A stretch of DNA of 26,087 bases, taken from positions 1 through 26,087 of the forward strand of contig JBDSIH010000252.1 in NCBI GenBank assembly GCA_039918055.1, given 5' to 3'. Below are positions 1 to 8,899 of this stretch, one piece after another. Each line of letters begins with the position of its first letter. Within the stretch, counting starts at the first letter, position 1. Under the pieces are notes generated by a model. It worked only from the letters and a program-made list of their open reading frames with translations. It had not been told where the DNA came from and ran no database searches. The DNA is from Chthoniobacterales bacterium. Lineage in GTDB: Bacteria; Verrucomicrobiota; Verrucomicrobiia; Chthoniobacterales; JBDTJR01. The translations under genes and the position numbers were made by a program.

Positions 1-2
1 CG

Positions 3-866
3 GTAATGACGTGCACACTCGCTCAAGCCGCAAAAGTGCCGGAAATCGTGGCGGTGACCCCGGCGGACCGCACTGGCCGCGTCCACCCCGCACTACTTGC
101 CGCACTTCACCTTTGCGGGGCGACGGAAGTTTACCGCATTGGCGGCGCACAGGCCATCGCGGCCATTTCTCTGGGAACAAAAACCATCGCACCCGTGGAT
201 AAGATTTTCGGTCCCGGAAACGCCTACGTCGTGGAGGCAAAGCGCCAGGTGTTCGGACGCGTTGCCGTCGATCTCCTGCCAGGCCCGAGCGAAATTCTCA
301 TTATTGCCGACAGCGGCGCCAATGCCGCCTGGATCGCCTCCGACTTATTGGCACAAGCGGAACACGGGCATGGCAGCATCGCCATCCTCGTCAGTAATTC
401 GGCAAGTCTCCTCACGAAAGTGGAAAAAGAAGTGCTGCGACAATCCGTGACGCTCAATCGTCAGGATGCCCTGCGCGAATCCCTGCGCCACACTTTTCTC
501 GTTCAGGTAAAAACGCTGAATGACGCCGTTGACCTCTTTAATAATTTTGCGCCCGAGCATCTTTCCCTCGCAGTTCGCAATCCGCAAAAGATGGCCAAAG
601 ACATCCGCACTTCCGGCGCGATTTTTCTCGGTGATATATCTCCCGTAGTCGGCGGAGATTTTGTCGCGGGACCCAGCCACGAACTGCCCACCGGCGGCGC
701 GGGCAAATCCTTTCCCGGATTGACCGTGGATCAATTTCAGCGCCGCACGAGCCTGGTGGAGTTTAATAAAGAATCTCTCCGCCGCTCATTAAGCGCCATT
801 CGCATATTCAGCCAGATCGAGGGGCTGGATGCCCACGGTCGCTCCGCTTCCATTCGTCTGGAGTAA
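3..866 (+). CDS. hisD: Histidinol dehydrogenase, C-terminal part; gene begins upstream of the window
   Basis: Motifs GGAQAIAA, DKIFGPGNAYV, PGPSE, DLLAQAEH (metal ligands), APEHL (catalytic Glu-His) and PSHELPT. The frame is open to the window edge and about 140 N-terminal residues of a typical HisD are missing. Confidence 0.96.
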   Translation, partial: VMTCTLAQAAKVPEIVAVTPADRTGRVHPALLAALHLCGATEVYRIGGAQAIAAISLGTKTIAPVDKIFGPGNAYVVEAKRQVFGRVAVDLLPGPSEILIIADSGANAAWIASDLLAQAEHGHGSIAILVSNSASLLTKVEKEVLRQSVTLNRQDALRESLRHTFLVQVKTLNDAVDLFNNFAPEHLSLAVRNPQKMAKDIRTSGAIFLGDISPVVGGDFVAGPSHELPTGGAGKSFPGLTVDQFQRRTSLVEFNKESLRRSLSAIRIFSQIEGLDAHGRSASIRLE

Positions 867-869
867 GCT

Positions 870-1709
870 ATGCTCTGGGAAACCGCCCGCAGAACGCTCG
901 ACCTCTCGGCGAAAGGCGTCATCATGGGCATTGTAAATGCCACGCCGGATTCGTTTTTCGATGGCGGCAGTTACGCCGATCCCACCTCCGCAATCGCGCA
1001 AGGGGAGCGGATGGCCGCTGAAGGCGCGTTGATTATTGATATTGGCGGCGAATCCACCCGTCCCGGCGCGCAGCCGGTGCCTGCGCAGGAGGAAATGCGG
1101 CGTGTTCTCCCTGTGATTCGCGGATTGCGGAAAAATCCGGATATCCTGCTCTCGATCGATACGTCCAAAGCCGAAGTGGCCCGTGCGGCCATTGCCGAGG
1201 GAGTGGATATTCTAAACGACGTCACCGCATTGCGCGGTGATCCGGCGATGATGGCCCTCGCGGCGGAAAGCAATGTCGGCGTTGTCCTCACACACATGCA
1301 GGGCACACCCCAGACGATGCAGGATAATCCGCACTACGAGGATGTCGTCGCAGAAGTGGGGAATTTCCTTCGACAGCAAACTGCCGAAGCCGTAGCATCA
1401 GGCATACGTCTCAACCGAATTATCGTGGACCCTGGAATTGGATTTGGAAAAACACTCGCGCACAATTTGCGCCTACTGCGTTCGCTTGAAGCTTTCGCAG
1501 AGCGTCCGGTATTGGTCGGATTCTCCCGTAAATCTTTTCTTGGGAAACTCGTCGGCTCCACGGAGCTGGAGGATCGCTTCTGGCCCGGGGTTGCGCTTAC
1601 GGCCTATTGCAGAAACAAAGGCGCGCTGATTTTCCGTGTGCATGAAGCACGGCCGCATTGCGACGCCATGCGGATGACCGAGTCGCTCATGGAGGGCCCT
1701 GCTTTATGA
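870..1709 (+). CDS. folP: Dihydropteroate synthase
   Basis: Motifs MGIVNATPDSFFDGG, IIDIGGESTRPG, SIDT, NDV, VDPGIGFGK, GFSRKSF and FRVHE. Starts 3 nt after the hisD stop. Confidence 0.97.
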   Translation: MLWETARRTLDLSAKGVIMGIVNATPDSFFDGGSYADPTSAIAQGERMAAEGALIIDIGGESTRPGAQPVPAQEEMRRVLPVIRGLRKNPDILLSIDTSKAEVARAAIAEGVDILNDVTALRGDPAMMALAAESNVGVVLTHMQGTPQTMQDNPHYEDVVAEVGNFLRQQTAEAVASGIRLNRIIVDPGIGFGKTLAHNLRLLRSLEAFAERPVLVGFSRKSFLGKLVGSTELEDRFWPGVALTAYCRNKGALIFRVHEARPHCDAMRMTESLMEGPAL

Positions 1710-2578
1710 TGAAACCCGTAATGGATTTCATTATAGCGAATTGGCGGGCGGCGGTGGAAATCCTGATCCTCACCACGGCGCTTTATTACAGTTATCTTTA
1801 TCTCAAGGGAACGCGTGGCGCGCGTATCCTCATCGGCATTGCCATCATCTTTCTCACGCTGACGGTTATTTCCGACGTGCTGTCGCTGGCCGTCATCACC
1901 GTCGTTATCAAAAACTTTTCGGTATTTCTTATTGTGGCTCTCGTCGTGATTTTCCAGCCGGAACTGCGGCGCGCACTTACCGAGCTTGGGAGCCATCATT
2001 TTTTCACGTCATCCTTTCAGAAGCGCGAAACGATTGAGGAAATTACGGATGCGGTATTCGAACTCTCCAGCAAAGGTTTCGGAGCGTTACTCGCCATCGA
2101 GCGCGAAATCAGCACGCGACCTTTTGCGGAAACCGGGGTGGATATAGACTGCGAATTTTCCAAGGAATTACTGCTCACGATTTTTCATCCCAAGACAGCG
2201 CTGCACGACGGCGGCGTCATTCTCCAGGGAGACCGCATTGCGGCGGCGGCGTGTATTTTCCCCCTCACCCAGCGTGATGACCTTGACCGTACCCTCGGCC
2301 TACGCCACCGCGCAGCCATAGGCCTGGCGGAGGAATCCGATTCCATTACCGTGGTAGTCTCCGAAGAGACGGGACATGTTTCGATTTGCCATAATGGCAT
2401 CATTGAACGCAATCTGAACGTCGATCGATTTCGCCGACGCCTCAGTCAACTGCTGCTGCTTGATAAATATGATGAAAAGGATACTCCTGAACAACTGGAA
2501 GGCGAAGATCGTATGTCTCGTTCTCGCCACACTGCTATGGTTTCTCATCAAACAGAACGTGGAACCGGTGAACTCTGA
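1706..2578 (+). CDS. dacA: Membrane-bound diadenylate cyclase CdaA/DacA (3 N-terminal TM helices plus DAC domain)
   Basis: Three hydrophobic N-terminal segments, IFQPELRRAL, GALLAIER, LHDGGVI (DGA-like) and GLRHRAAIG (RHR motif). Start placed at 1706 because ATG overlaps the folP stop (ATGA); the listed start at 1658 lies inside folP. Confidence 0.94.
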   Translation: MMKPVMDFIIANWRAAVEILILTTALYYSYLYLKGTRGARILIGIAIIFLTLTVISDVLSLAVITVVIKNFSVFLIVALVVIFQPELRRALTELGSHHFFTSSFQKRETIEEITDAVFELSSKGFGALLAIEREISTRPFAETGVDIDCEFSKELLLTIFHPKTALHDGGVILQGDRIAAAACIFPLTQRDDLDRTLGLRHRAAIGLAEESDSITVVVSEETGHVSICHNGIIERNLNVDRFRRRLSQLLLLDKYDEKDTPEQLEGEDRMSRSRHTAMVSHQTERGTGEL

Positions 2579-2621
2579 ACCCGGCTACCCACGCCCTCTG
2601 CTGAAACAACGTAATGACTGA
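2469..2621 (+). CDS. 50-aa single-TM peptide resembling the N-terminal anchor of CdaR/YbbR (absent from the ORF track because it is <60 aa)
   Basis: Read by hand: MMKRILLNNWKAKIVCLVLATLLWFLIKQNVEPVNSEPGYPRPLLKQRND*. The N-W-x-x-K-(hydrophobic)-LA-x-x-LW pattern and the position between cdaA and glmM match where cdaR normally lies. Overlaps cdaA by 110 nt and the glmM start by 8 nt. Confidence 0.7.
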   Translation: MMKRILLNNWKAKIVCLVLATLLWFLIKQNVEPVNSEPGYPRPLLKQRND

Positions 2622-4005
2622 TTCACAGCCCCGTAAGCTTTTCGGCACCGACGGCGTTCGCGGCATTGCCAATATCGAACCCGTAACTGCGGAAACCGCA
2701 CTGCGCCTTGGCCGTGCCGCCGCGCATGTCTTCAGCAACAGTGGAGGAATCCGCAAACCGCACGGATCGAAATGCAAGATCGTGATCGGCAAGGATACGC
2801 GCCTTTCCGGGTACATGCTGGAAAATGCCATCGTGGCCGGAATCACTTCCCTCGGAGTCGATGCCATCGTGATCGGGCCACTTCCCACGCCGGGCGTTGC
2901 CTACATTACCCGCTCCCTGCGCTGCGATGCGGGCATTGTGCTCTCCGCTTCGCACAACCCTTACGAAGACAACGGAATCAAATTTTTTAACCACGACGGC
3001 TACAAGCTCGACGACAGGATTGAGAAAAAAATCGAGCAGCTCGTCTTTGGCGGTGAGATCGAAGCGATCCGCCCCACGGCGACAAAAATCGGAAAAGCGA
3101 CTCGTATCGAAGACGCGCTCGGCCGCTATGTGGAATTTGCCAAACGCAGTTTCCCGCGTGGAATGACGCTGGAGTCGCTTCGCATCGCCGTGGATTGCGC
3201 AAACGGCGCGGCGTATAAATCCACGCCGTGTGTATTGCGCGAACTGGGTGCGGACAGCATTATTTATCACAATCATCCGAATGGCACGAACATCAATGGC
3301 AACTGCGGCAGCACGTATCCGGAGCAGATCCAGCGCTTCGTTCGCGATACGCATGCACACATTGGCATTACGCACGATGGGGATGCCGACCGCGTATTAC
3401 TCTGCGATGAAAAGGGTGAGCTCGTGGATGGCGATGAGATCATGGCGATTTCCGCGATTGATTTTCTCCGCAACGGCAGACTCTCCTCGAAAAAACTCGT
3501 GTCCACAATCATGAGCAATTACGGCCTCGAGGAGGCGCTCGCAGAACATGGCGGCGAAGTCATCCGCACGAAAGTCGGCGATCGTTACGTGATCGAGGAA
3601 ATGATGCGCTCCGATCTCAATGTCGGAGGCGAACAGAGCGGCCACATGATTTTCCGGGATTACTCCACGACCGGAGACGGCATCGTCAGCGCATTGCAGA
3701 TTCTACGCATCATGATCGAGACCGGAAAGCCGCTCAGCGAGCTGAAAAAGTGCCTGAAGAAATATCCCCAGGCGCAGCGCAATTTGAAAGTTCGCGAGAA
3801 GCCCCCTATCGAAAGCCTTGATGAGGTGAATACACTTATTGAGAAAGCGGAGAAAACGCTCAACGGCAAAGGCCGTGTCCTGCTTCGCTACTCCGGCACG
3901 GAACCCAAGATCCGCCTTCTCATCGAAGGCCGGGACGAAGAGGTCATCGGAAAACACGCGGACGGAATCGCGACCGCGCTTCAGCGTGCCATCGGCGTGG
4001 AATAA
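2614..4005 (+). CDS. glmM: Phosphoglucosamine mutase
   Basis: FGTDGVRG, GKDTRLSG, SASHNP (phosphoserine loop), DGDADR (metal loop), GGEQSGH, RYSGTEP. Confidence 0.98.
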   Translation: MTDSQPRKLFGTDGVRGIANIEPVTAETALRLGRAAAHVFSNSGGIRKPHGSKCKIVIGKDTRLSGYMLENAIVAGITSLGVDAIVIGPLPTPGVAYITRSLRCDAGIVLSASHNPYEDNGIKFFNHDGYKLDDRIEKKIEQLVFGGEIEAIRPTATKIGKATRIEDALGRYVEFAKRSFPRGMTLESLRIAVDCANGAAYKSTPCVLRELGADSIIYHNHPNGTNINGNCGSTYPEQIQRFVRDTHAHIGITHDGDADRVLLCDEKGELVDGDEIMAISAIDFLRNGRLSSKKLVSTIMSNYGLEEALAEHGGEVIRTKVGDRYVIEEMMRSDLNVGGEQSGHMIFRDYSTTGDGIVSALQILRIMIETGKPLSELKKCLKKYPQAQRNLKVREKPPIESLDEVNTLIEKAEKTLNGKGRVLLRYSGTEPKIRLLIEGRDEEVIGKHADGIATALQRAIGVE

Positions 4006-4007
4006 GT

Positions 4008-5603
4008 CTACTTCGTGTTCATCTCCTCGACACCCCGCTGAAGCAGGCGGGCGTAGCGGTGGAGAATCCAGAGAATCGTGCCAAAACTTTCCGCGACAGA
4101 TTCCGCGAGTGGCACGATCTCGCCACCAGCCGCACGGCGTATAATGCGTAGCGCATCGCGAAGAGCCAGGTTCGCCGACTGCTTTTTGCCGCTCTCTGTG
4201 TGAAGGGAAGCAATAGTTTCGCTGTTTAATTCACTACTTGCGGAAACCGCATGGGTAATAAGTGCGTTAATGCGTTCCAGCATTTGCTCGCAGGGAGCGC
4301 GCAATTCCGTTTGCTCCGAAGCCTGCGTGACATATTGGGAAAATTGTTCCCCCGCTTCGCCGAGATGGCGGATCATGGATAATTCCGCACGCTGATACTG
4401 TACGGCGCGTGCCATAACGGCATCCAGATCGCTGTGGCTGACAAGTTCGGAAAGAAAGTGTTCGATTGCCAGCGAGAGATTAATGAAATCCGCACCGGGT
4501 TGAAATTCGTCTCCATTGCCTGTGCTTTGCGAAGAATTGCATTGAGGGCGAATTTTTCGAAGTAGTCGCGCAAGTTCTTTTTGCACCAGCTCAATCGCGG
4601 TAGGCGGGTGATCAAGGGCGGTAACATCCAGAAATTTTGGTTTGGAATGATCCTCGGGCAATTCTCCTGGCCATAGACGGGTAAGCAGACGCAATGCCAG
4701 GTTTCGCCAGGGATGAAGAAGAAGTGCGGGAATAAAATTCGAAAGTAGAAAAATTCCTGCAATCTGGAAATCCACATTACGGGTGACACTTTTTACCAAA
4801 GCCATGACCAATGGCACCCCCATCATTTCCAGCACAAAAAGCAGCGACATCACCAAGCCGCTCCATATACAGAAAAAATCCTCGAAGCGGATAAGACGAA
4901 ATGATGGACGATCCATTCCTATCGACAAAAAGATGCGAAGGAAAATTGCACCCAGATTCGCGCCGTAAATAATCATGGCGGCGGTTTCCAGCGAAAGCGC
5001 ACCGGCCTGCGCCAGCGTTGCTGTCAGCAGCACCGTACCCACATTCGACTGAAGAATGGTGGCAGCAAAAACACCGGCAAGAAAGGCAAGCGCCGGGGAG
5101 GATGTCGTCATTGCCAGTGCTGCATGAAACCACTCGGCTCCTTTGAGCGGAGCGGCGCCCTCGCCCATCGTCTGCAGGCCAAAGAGAATCAGACCCACGC
5201 CAAAGACCAGCCCAGCCCACGGCGTGAGCGAGCGGACTTTCAAAAGACCAAGGGCTATACCGGCAAGTCCTACGATCCACGCAATCGCGGAGTGAATGTT
5301 CAAAACGGCGACAAAACTCAATGCCGTCAGTCCGACATTCGCCCACAGGATGATGGGAAGGGCCACGATGGAAGTGATCAACTCCGTGCGCACCATACTC
5401 ACGAGAATGAAGGTAACCGCCGTAGCACTCTGCATGAGCGCTCCAAACCCGAGCCCCACCGTCCCGCCAAAAAACGGAGATGCCACCCGCTGGGCCACCC
5501 GGTGAAAAGCCACTCCTGTAAGCTGCCGCATCCGATCACCAGTCATCAACAGGCCGGCAAAAAATAAGCCCAGCCCTAAAAAGAATGTGTGCACTCCTAC
5601 CAT
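4008..5603 (-). CDS. Na/Pi-cotransporter family protein (NptA/YjbB-like) with PhoU-like helical C-terminal region
   Basis: Two inverted hydrophobic repeats (GLGLFFAG...LMQSATAVT...WANVG and GVGLILFG...LQSNVGTV...YGANLG), followed by a soluble helical C-terminus beginning LDHPPTAIELVQKE. Confidence 0.85.
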   Translation of the reverse strand: MVGVHTFFLGLGLFFAGLLMTGDRMRQLTGVAFHRVAQRVASPFFGGTVGLGFGALMQSATAVTFILVSMVRTELITSIVALPIILWANVGLTALSFVAVLNIHSAIAWIVGLAGIALGLLKVRSLTPWAGLVFGVGLILFGLQTMGEGAAPLKGAEWFHAALAMTTSSPALAFLAGVFAATILQSNVGTVLLTATLAQAGALSLETAAMIIYGANLGAIFLRIFLSIGMDRPSFRLIRFEDFFCIWSGLVMSLLFVLEMMGVPLVMALVKSVTRNVDFQIAGIFLLSNFIPALLLHPWRNLALRLLTRLWPGELPEDHSKPKFLDVTALDHPPTAIELVQKELARLLRKIRPQCNSSQSTGNGDEFQPGADFINLSLAIEHFLSELVSHSDLDAVMARAVQYQRAELSMIRHLGEAGEQFSQYVTQASEQTELRAPCEQMLERINALITHAVSASSELNSETIASLHTESGKKQSANLALRDALRIIRRAAGGEIVPLAESVAESFGTILWILHRYARLLQRGVEEMNTK

Positions 5604-5650
5604 GGATTCTTAAATTTTACTCCTACGTCAGCGCGATCGAAAATCGCGGA

Positions 5651-6313
5651 CTACTGCAGCTCCTGCGCTTTTTGATAATAGCTCTGAATGTTTTGGATGT
5701 TCTTCTGAAGATCCAAAGGGTTGGGAGATGGTGTAGACGATGCTTCTTCCTGTTTGGCGGTGGCCTTGGGGGATTCCAGCGTGGTGGCCATAGCCGGAAA
5801 TTCCGATTTTGCGACCTGTGGATTGTAAAGGTTGGTGAAAAAAGCAACGAGGGTATCGAGAGCCGTTCGGCGCTTGGCGGATTGCTGCTGTTCCTCGTGC
5901 AGGAGCTTAGGCGGCCTCTTTTTCTCCACTTGCCAGGCATGTTCTATCTTATTTAGTAAGATACTATATTGGGGAAAGCGGCTTTGTGCCGTACTTATGG
6001 CTGCTGAGGCCTCCTCAAAGTCCGCCTCCCCTCGACCGGGGTATGGAACAAAGTAGACATCGCTATTCTTAGTAACTTTCACGCCCGTGCCGTTCTTTGT
6101 GGTGAAAAACTGCGTTTGGCCGTCCACACGAAGGTAGCGGTATTCAAAAACCGTCACGCTGGTATCGGGAAGAAATGCGTGTTTTTTGTAAAAAGCCACA
6201 CCATTTACCCGTTTATCGTCCAAATTTTGAGCATAAAGCCGCCCGCCCGCCATATGAAACAAAGCCACTAGTATAATAAAACGTGGAGTATTCATGGTGG
6301 CAACCAGGAGCAT
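5651..6313 (-). CDS. Hypothetical exported protein (alternative start at 6295, MNTPRF...)
   Basis: Open 220-codon frame filling the gap, signal-peptide-like N-terminus (RFIILVALFHMAGGRLYA), protein-like composition; no family recognised. Confidence 0.7.
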   Translation of the reverse strand: MLLVATMNTPRFIILVALFHMAGGRLYAQNLDDKRVNGVAFYKKHAFLPDTSVTVFEYRYLRVDGQTQFFTTKNGTGVKVTKNSDVYFVPYPGRGEADFEEASAAISTAQSRFPQYSILLNKIEHAWQVEKKRPPKLLHEEQQQSAKRRTALDTLVAFFTNLYNPQVAKSEFPAMATTLESPKATAKQEEASSTPSPNPLDLQKNIQNIQSYYQKAQELQ

Positions 6314-6475
6314 AAAAGATTCCTGTCTGAAAATGAAAGAGAGATTCCGGGTTTTTGCTCTCAGATGGGCGCTTACAGCTCCGTCTAAATGCTTTGTGCC
6401 AATTCCCGGCTTGACCTTTCCCTCTGGATCACGAATCTAACGGTTTTCCCGTGATGGGAAATTGATACTCAGTTA

Positions 6476-8809
6476 ATGAATACTGGAAAGATTTTTGCTG
6501 GAATGGATCGCCTCGTCGGGATCACTATGCTCTGCCTGCTTGTAACAGCATGCAGCCTTTTTGCGCAGACAGGTCCCGCGCCGGGTCCTGGCCCTACGGT
6601 CAAACAGATCGACATTCAGTTCTCCGGTCCTGTTTCCCTGAGTCGTGAGCGCGTCATGTCTAACTTAAAGACGCAGGTTGGCTCCATCTATTCCGAGCGC
6701 GCCATTGAGGAAGATATCAGCACTCTTTATGCGACGGGTGATGTCTCCAATGTAAGAATCTTTTCCGAACCGCTGGGTGACGGCGTTAAAATCAACGTGG
6801 TTCTGATCGGCCGCCCTTCTGTGGAAGAGCTCGTTCTCGAGGGTATCAGCGTGCTGAATGAAGCCAAAGTCCGCAAAGACCTGAGCACAAAGGTCGGCGA
6901 AACCTACAGCGATGAAAAAGTCGAAGAAGATCGTCAGAAAATCCTCAAACAATATCAGGATAAGTATTTTTATAACGTCGATATCAAATCGCACACGCAG
7001 CAACTGCCCGGAACCAACCGCATGCGCGTGGTTCATACGGTGACAGAAGGCCCGAAGCTTCTGGTAAAAGAAATCAGTTTTGTCGGCAATGACTCGATTC
7101 TTCCCAAGGACCTGAAGAAATCCATCAAGACAAAGACGACAAACATTCTTTCCGTCTTCACCAAAGCCGGCCGCGTGCTTCCTGGCCAGTTGGATGATGA
7201 TCGCGCGGGTATTCGCTCCCTTTACCAGAGCCGCGGGTTTGCGGATGCAAGAGTGACGGATGTCCAGATTCAGCCCCTTGCCAAAGACGGCGTAAACGTC
7301 GTCTACACCATTTCCGAAGGCATCCAGTATCGTATCAGCAAAATCGGCATTGAAGGCGTGCAGGTGGGCACTCCTGATCAAATCCGCCAACAACTGAAGA
7401 TGGTGGACGGCTCACTCTATACTCCCCAGGGGATGACGGATGACCTAAAGGCGCTCCGCGATTTCTACGGCAAACAGGGCTACGTGGACATGCAGGCCAT
7501 TCCGGAAATTTCTCCTGCAGGAGAAGGTGCGGTGAATGTTAACTACCGTATCGATGAGGGTGTTCAGTCCTATATCAATCTTATCAGCATTCAGGGGAAT
7601 ACCCGCACAAAGGATCGCGTGATCCGCCGGGAATTGACCATTCGCCCCGGAGACGTTTTCAACTCCGTGCTCGTGGATATCAGCAAGGCCCGCTTAACGA
7701 ACCTCAATTACTTCTCTAAAGTGGAAATGGTGCCCCAAAGCACGATTGTTCCCGGCCGCAAAGACCTGAACGTCATTGTCGAAGAAAAACGCACGGGTTC
7801 GTTTAACTTCGGTGTCGGTTTCAGCACGATTGACAGTTTGGTCGGTTTCGCGGAATTGACACAGACGAACTTCGATCTTTTCAACTGGCCCAGCTTCGTA
7901 GGTGCAGGCCAGCGATTCCGCATTCGTGCGCAGGCCGGTCTGCAACGTAATGACTTTGTAGCCTCGCTTACCGAGCCATGGTTCCTTGGTCGTCAGATTT
8001 CCGTGGGTGGAGAAGCCTTCTACCATGACGCGAACTTCCTAAGCTCTGTGTATGATCAAAGAAACTATGGTTTTGCTCTTCAGACGCGCAAGGCAGTCAC
8101 CAACTTTATCGCTGCTCGGGCAGAGTATCGCATCGAAGCAGTTCAGATTTACAATGTTTCCGGACCCAACCAAGCCGGCCCACAGATTCAGAATGCCGCG
8201 GGCACCCAGACAAAGAGCAGCGTGAGCCTCGGGCTTGTTTACGATACCCGGGATAACCTCATGCTAACCCGTAAGGGCGAGGTGGTGGAATTATCCGGCT
8301 TCATCGGTGGCGGCCCTCTTGGAGGAGATACGCAGGATTATGGCATCTCCCTCAAAGCCTCCAAATTCTTCCCGCTTCCCTGGAATATGATTTTCCAGAT
8401 CAAGGGTGAAGTCTCCGTAGTCGATGGCTGGGGTAATGGGCAAGTGCCGATCTGGGATGCTCTTTATCTCGGCGGTGCCAACAATTTGCGCGGTTTTGCA
8501 TTCCGCCAAGTCGGTCCTAAGGATGAGTTTGGCAACCCTGTTGGCGGAAACTCCCTGGGCTATATAACGACCGAACTTACCTTCCCCATCATTACGCGTG
8601 TCCGGGGAGCTGTCTTTTTTGATGGCGGCTTTGTAAATGCCAACGCCTATGACTTTAATGCTGCGAACTTCAACGCCGATATGGGTGTTGGCCTTCGCCT
8701 GGATTTACCGATCGGCCCTATCCGCATCGATTATGGCTACCCGATTGCTACGGATCCCTATAATAAGACCAGTGGTCAGGTTCAATTCAACGTGGGTTAC
8801 CAATTTTAA
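6476..8809 (+). CDS. bamA: Outer-membrane protein assembly factor BamA
   Basis: Signal peptide, POTRA-type repeats (e.g. GNTRTKDRVIRREL...LTNLNYFS), EEKRTGSFNFGVG barrel start, LRGF lid motif and C-terminal FNVGYQF. Confidence 0.97.
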   Translation: MNTGKIFAGMDRLVGITMLCLLVTACSLFAQTGPAPGPGPTVKQIDIQFSGPVSLSRERVMSNLKTQVGSIYSERAIEEDISTLYATGDVSNVRIFSEPLGDGVKINVVLIGRPSVEELVLEGISVLNEAKVRKDLSTKVGETYSDEKVEEDRQKILKQYQDKYFYNVDIKSHTQQLPGTNRMRVVHTVTEGPKLLVKEISFVGNDSILPKDLKKSIKTKTTNILSVFTKAGRVLPGQLDDDRAGIRSLYQSRGFADARVTDVQIQPLAKDGVNVVYTISEGIQYRISKIGIEGVQVGTPDQIRQQLKMVDGSLYTPQGMTDDLKALRDFYGKQGYVDMQAIPEISPAGEGAVNVNYRIDEGVQSYINLISIQGNTRTKDRVIRRELTIRPGDVFNSVLVDISKARLTNLNYFSKVEMVPQSTIVPGRKDLNVIVEEKRTGSFNFGVGFSTIDSLVGFAELTQTNFDLFNWPSFVGAGQRFRIRAQAGLQRNDFVASLTEPWFLGRQISVGGEAFYHDANFLSSVYDQRNYGFALQTRKAVTNFIAARAEYRIEAVQIYNVSGPNQAGPQIQNAAGTQTKSSVSLGLVYDTRDNLMLTRKGEVVELSGFIGGGPLGGDTQDYGISLKASKFFPLPWNMIFQIKGEVSVVDGWGNGQVPIWDALYLGGANNLRGFAFRQVGPKDEFGNPVGGNSLGYITTELTFPIITRVRGAVFFDGGFVNANAYDFNAANFNADMGVGLRLDLPIGPIRIDYGYPIATDPYNKTSGQVQFNVGYQF

Positions 8810-8899
8810 TCTAACCAATTTTGAACGTTTTCGCCGTCTAACTGTCTTGATTTAATCACCCGAACTACTAAAAAATCCAATAACCCTATTATTCATCGT

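Noticed and set aside
1658-1705. N-terminal extension of cdaA from ATG 1658
   Set aside because: Lies inside folP; the ATGA overlap at 1706 gives a normal coupled start immediately before TM1.
2623-3375. Long antisense ORFs (2623-3375, 6665-7393, 9618-10271, 12300-12902, 18045-18731, 20261-21109)
   Set aside because: Each mirrors a conserved gene (glmM, bamA, lpxD, pstC, hflX, rng) and none has protein-family features.
6411-6443. TTGACC hexamers upstream of bamA (6411) and the RRM gene (15916) as sigma70 -35 boxes
   Set aside because: No TAnnnT -10 element at 16-18 nt spacing, so they are not listed as promoters.
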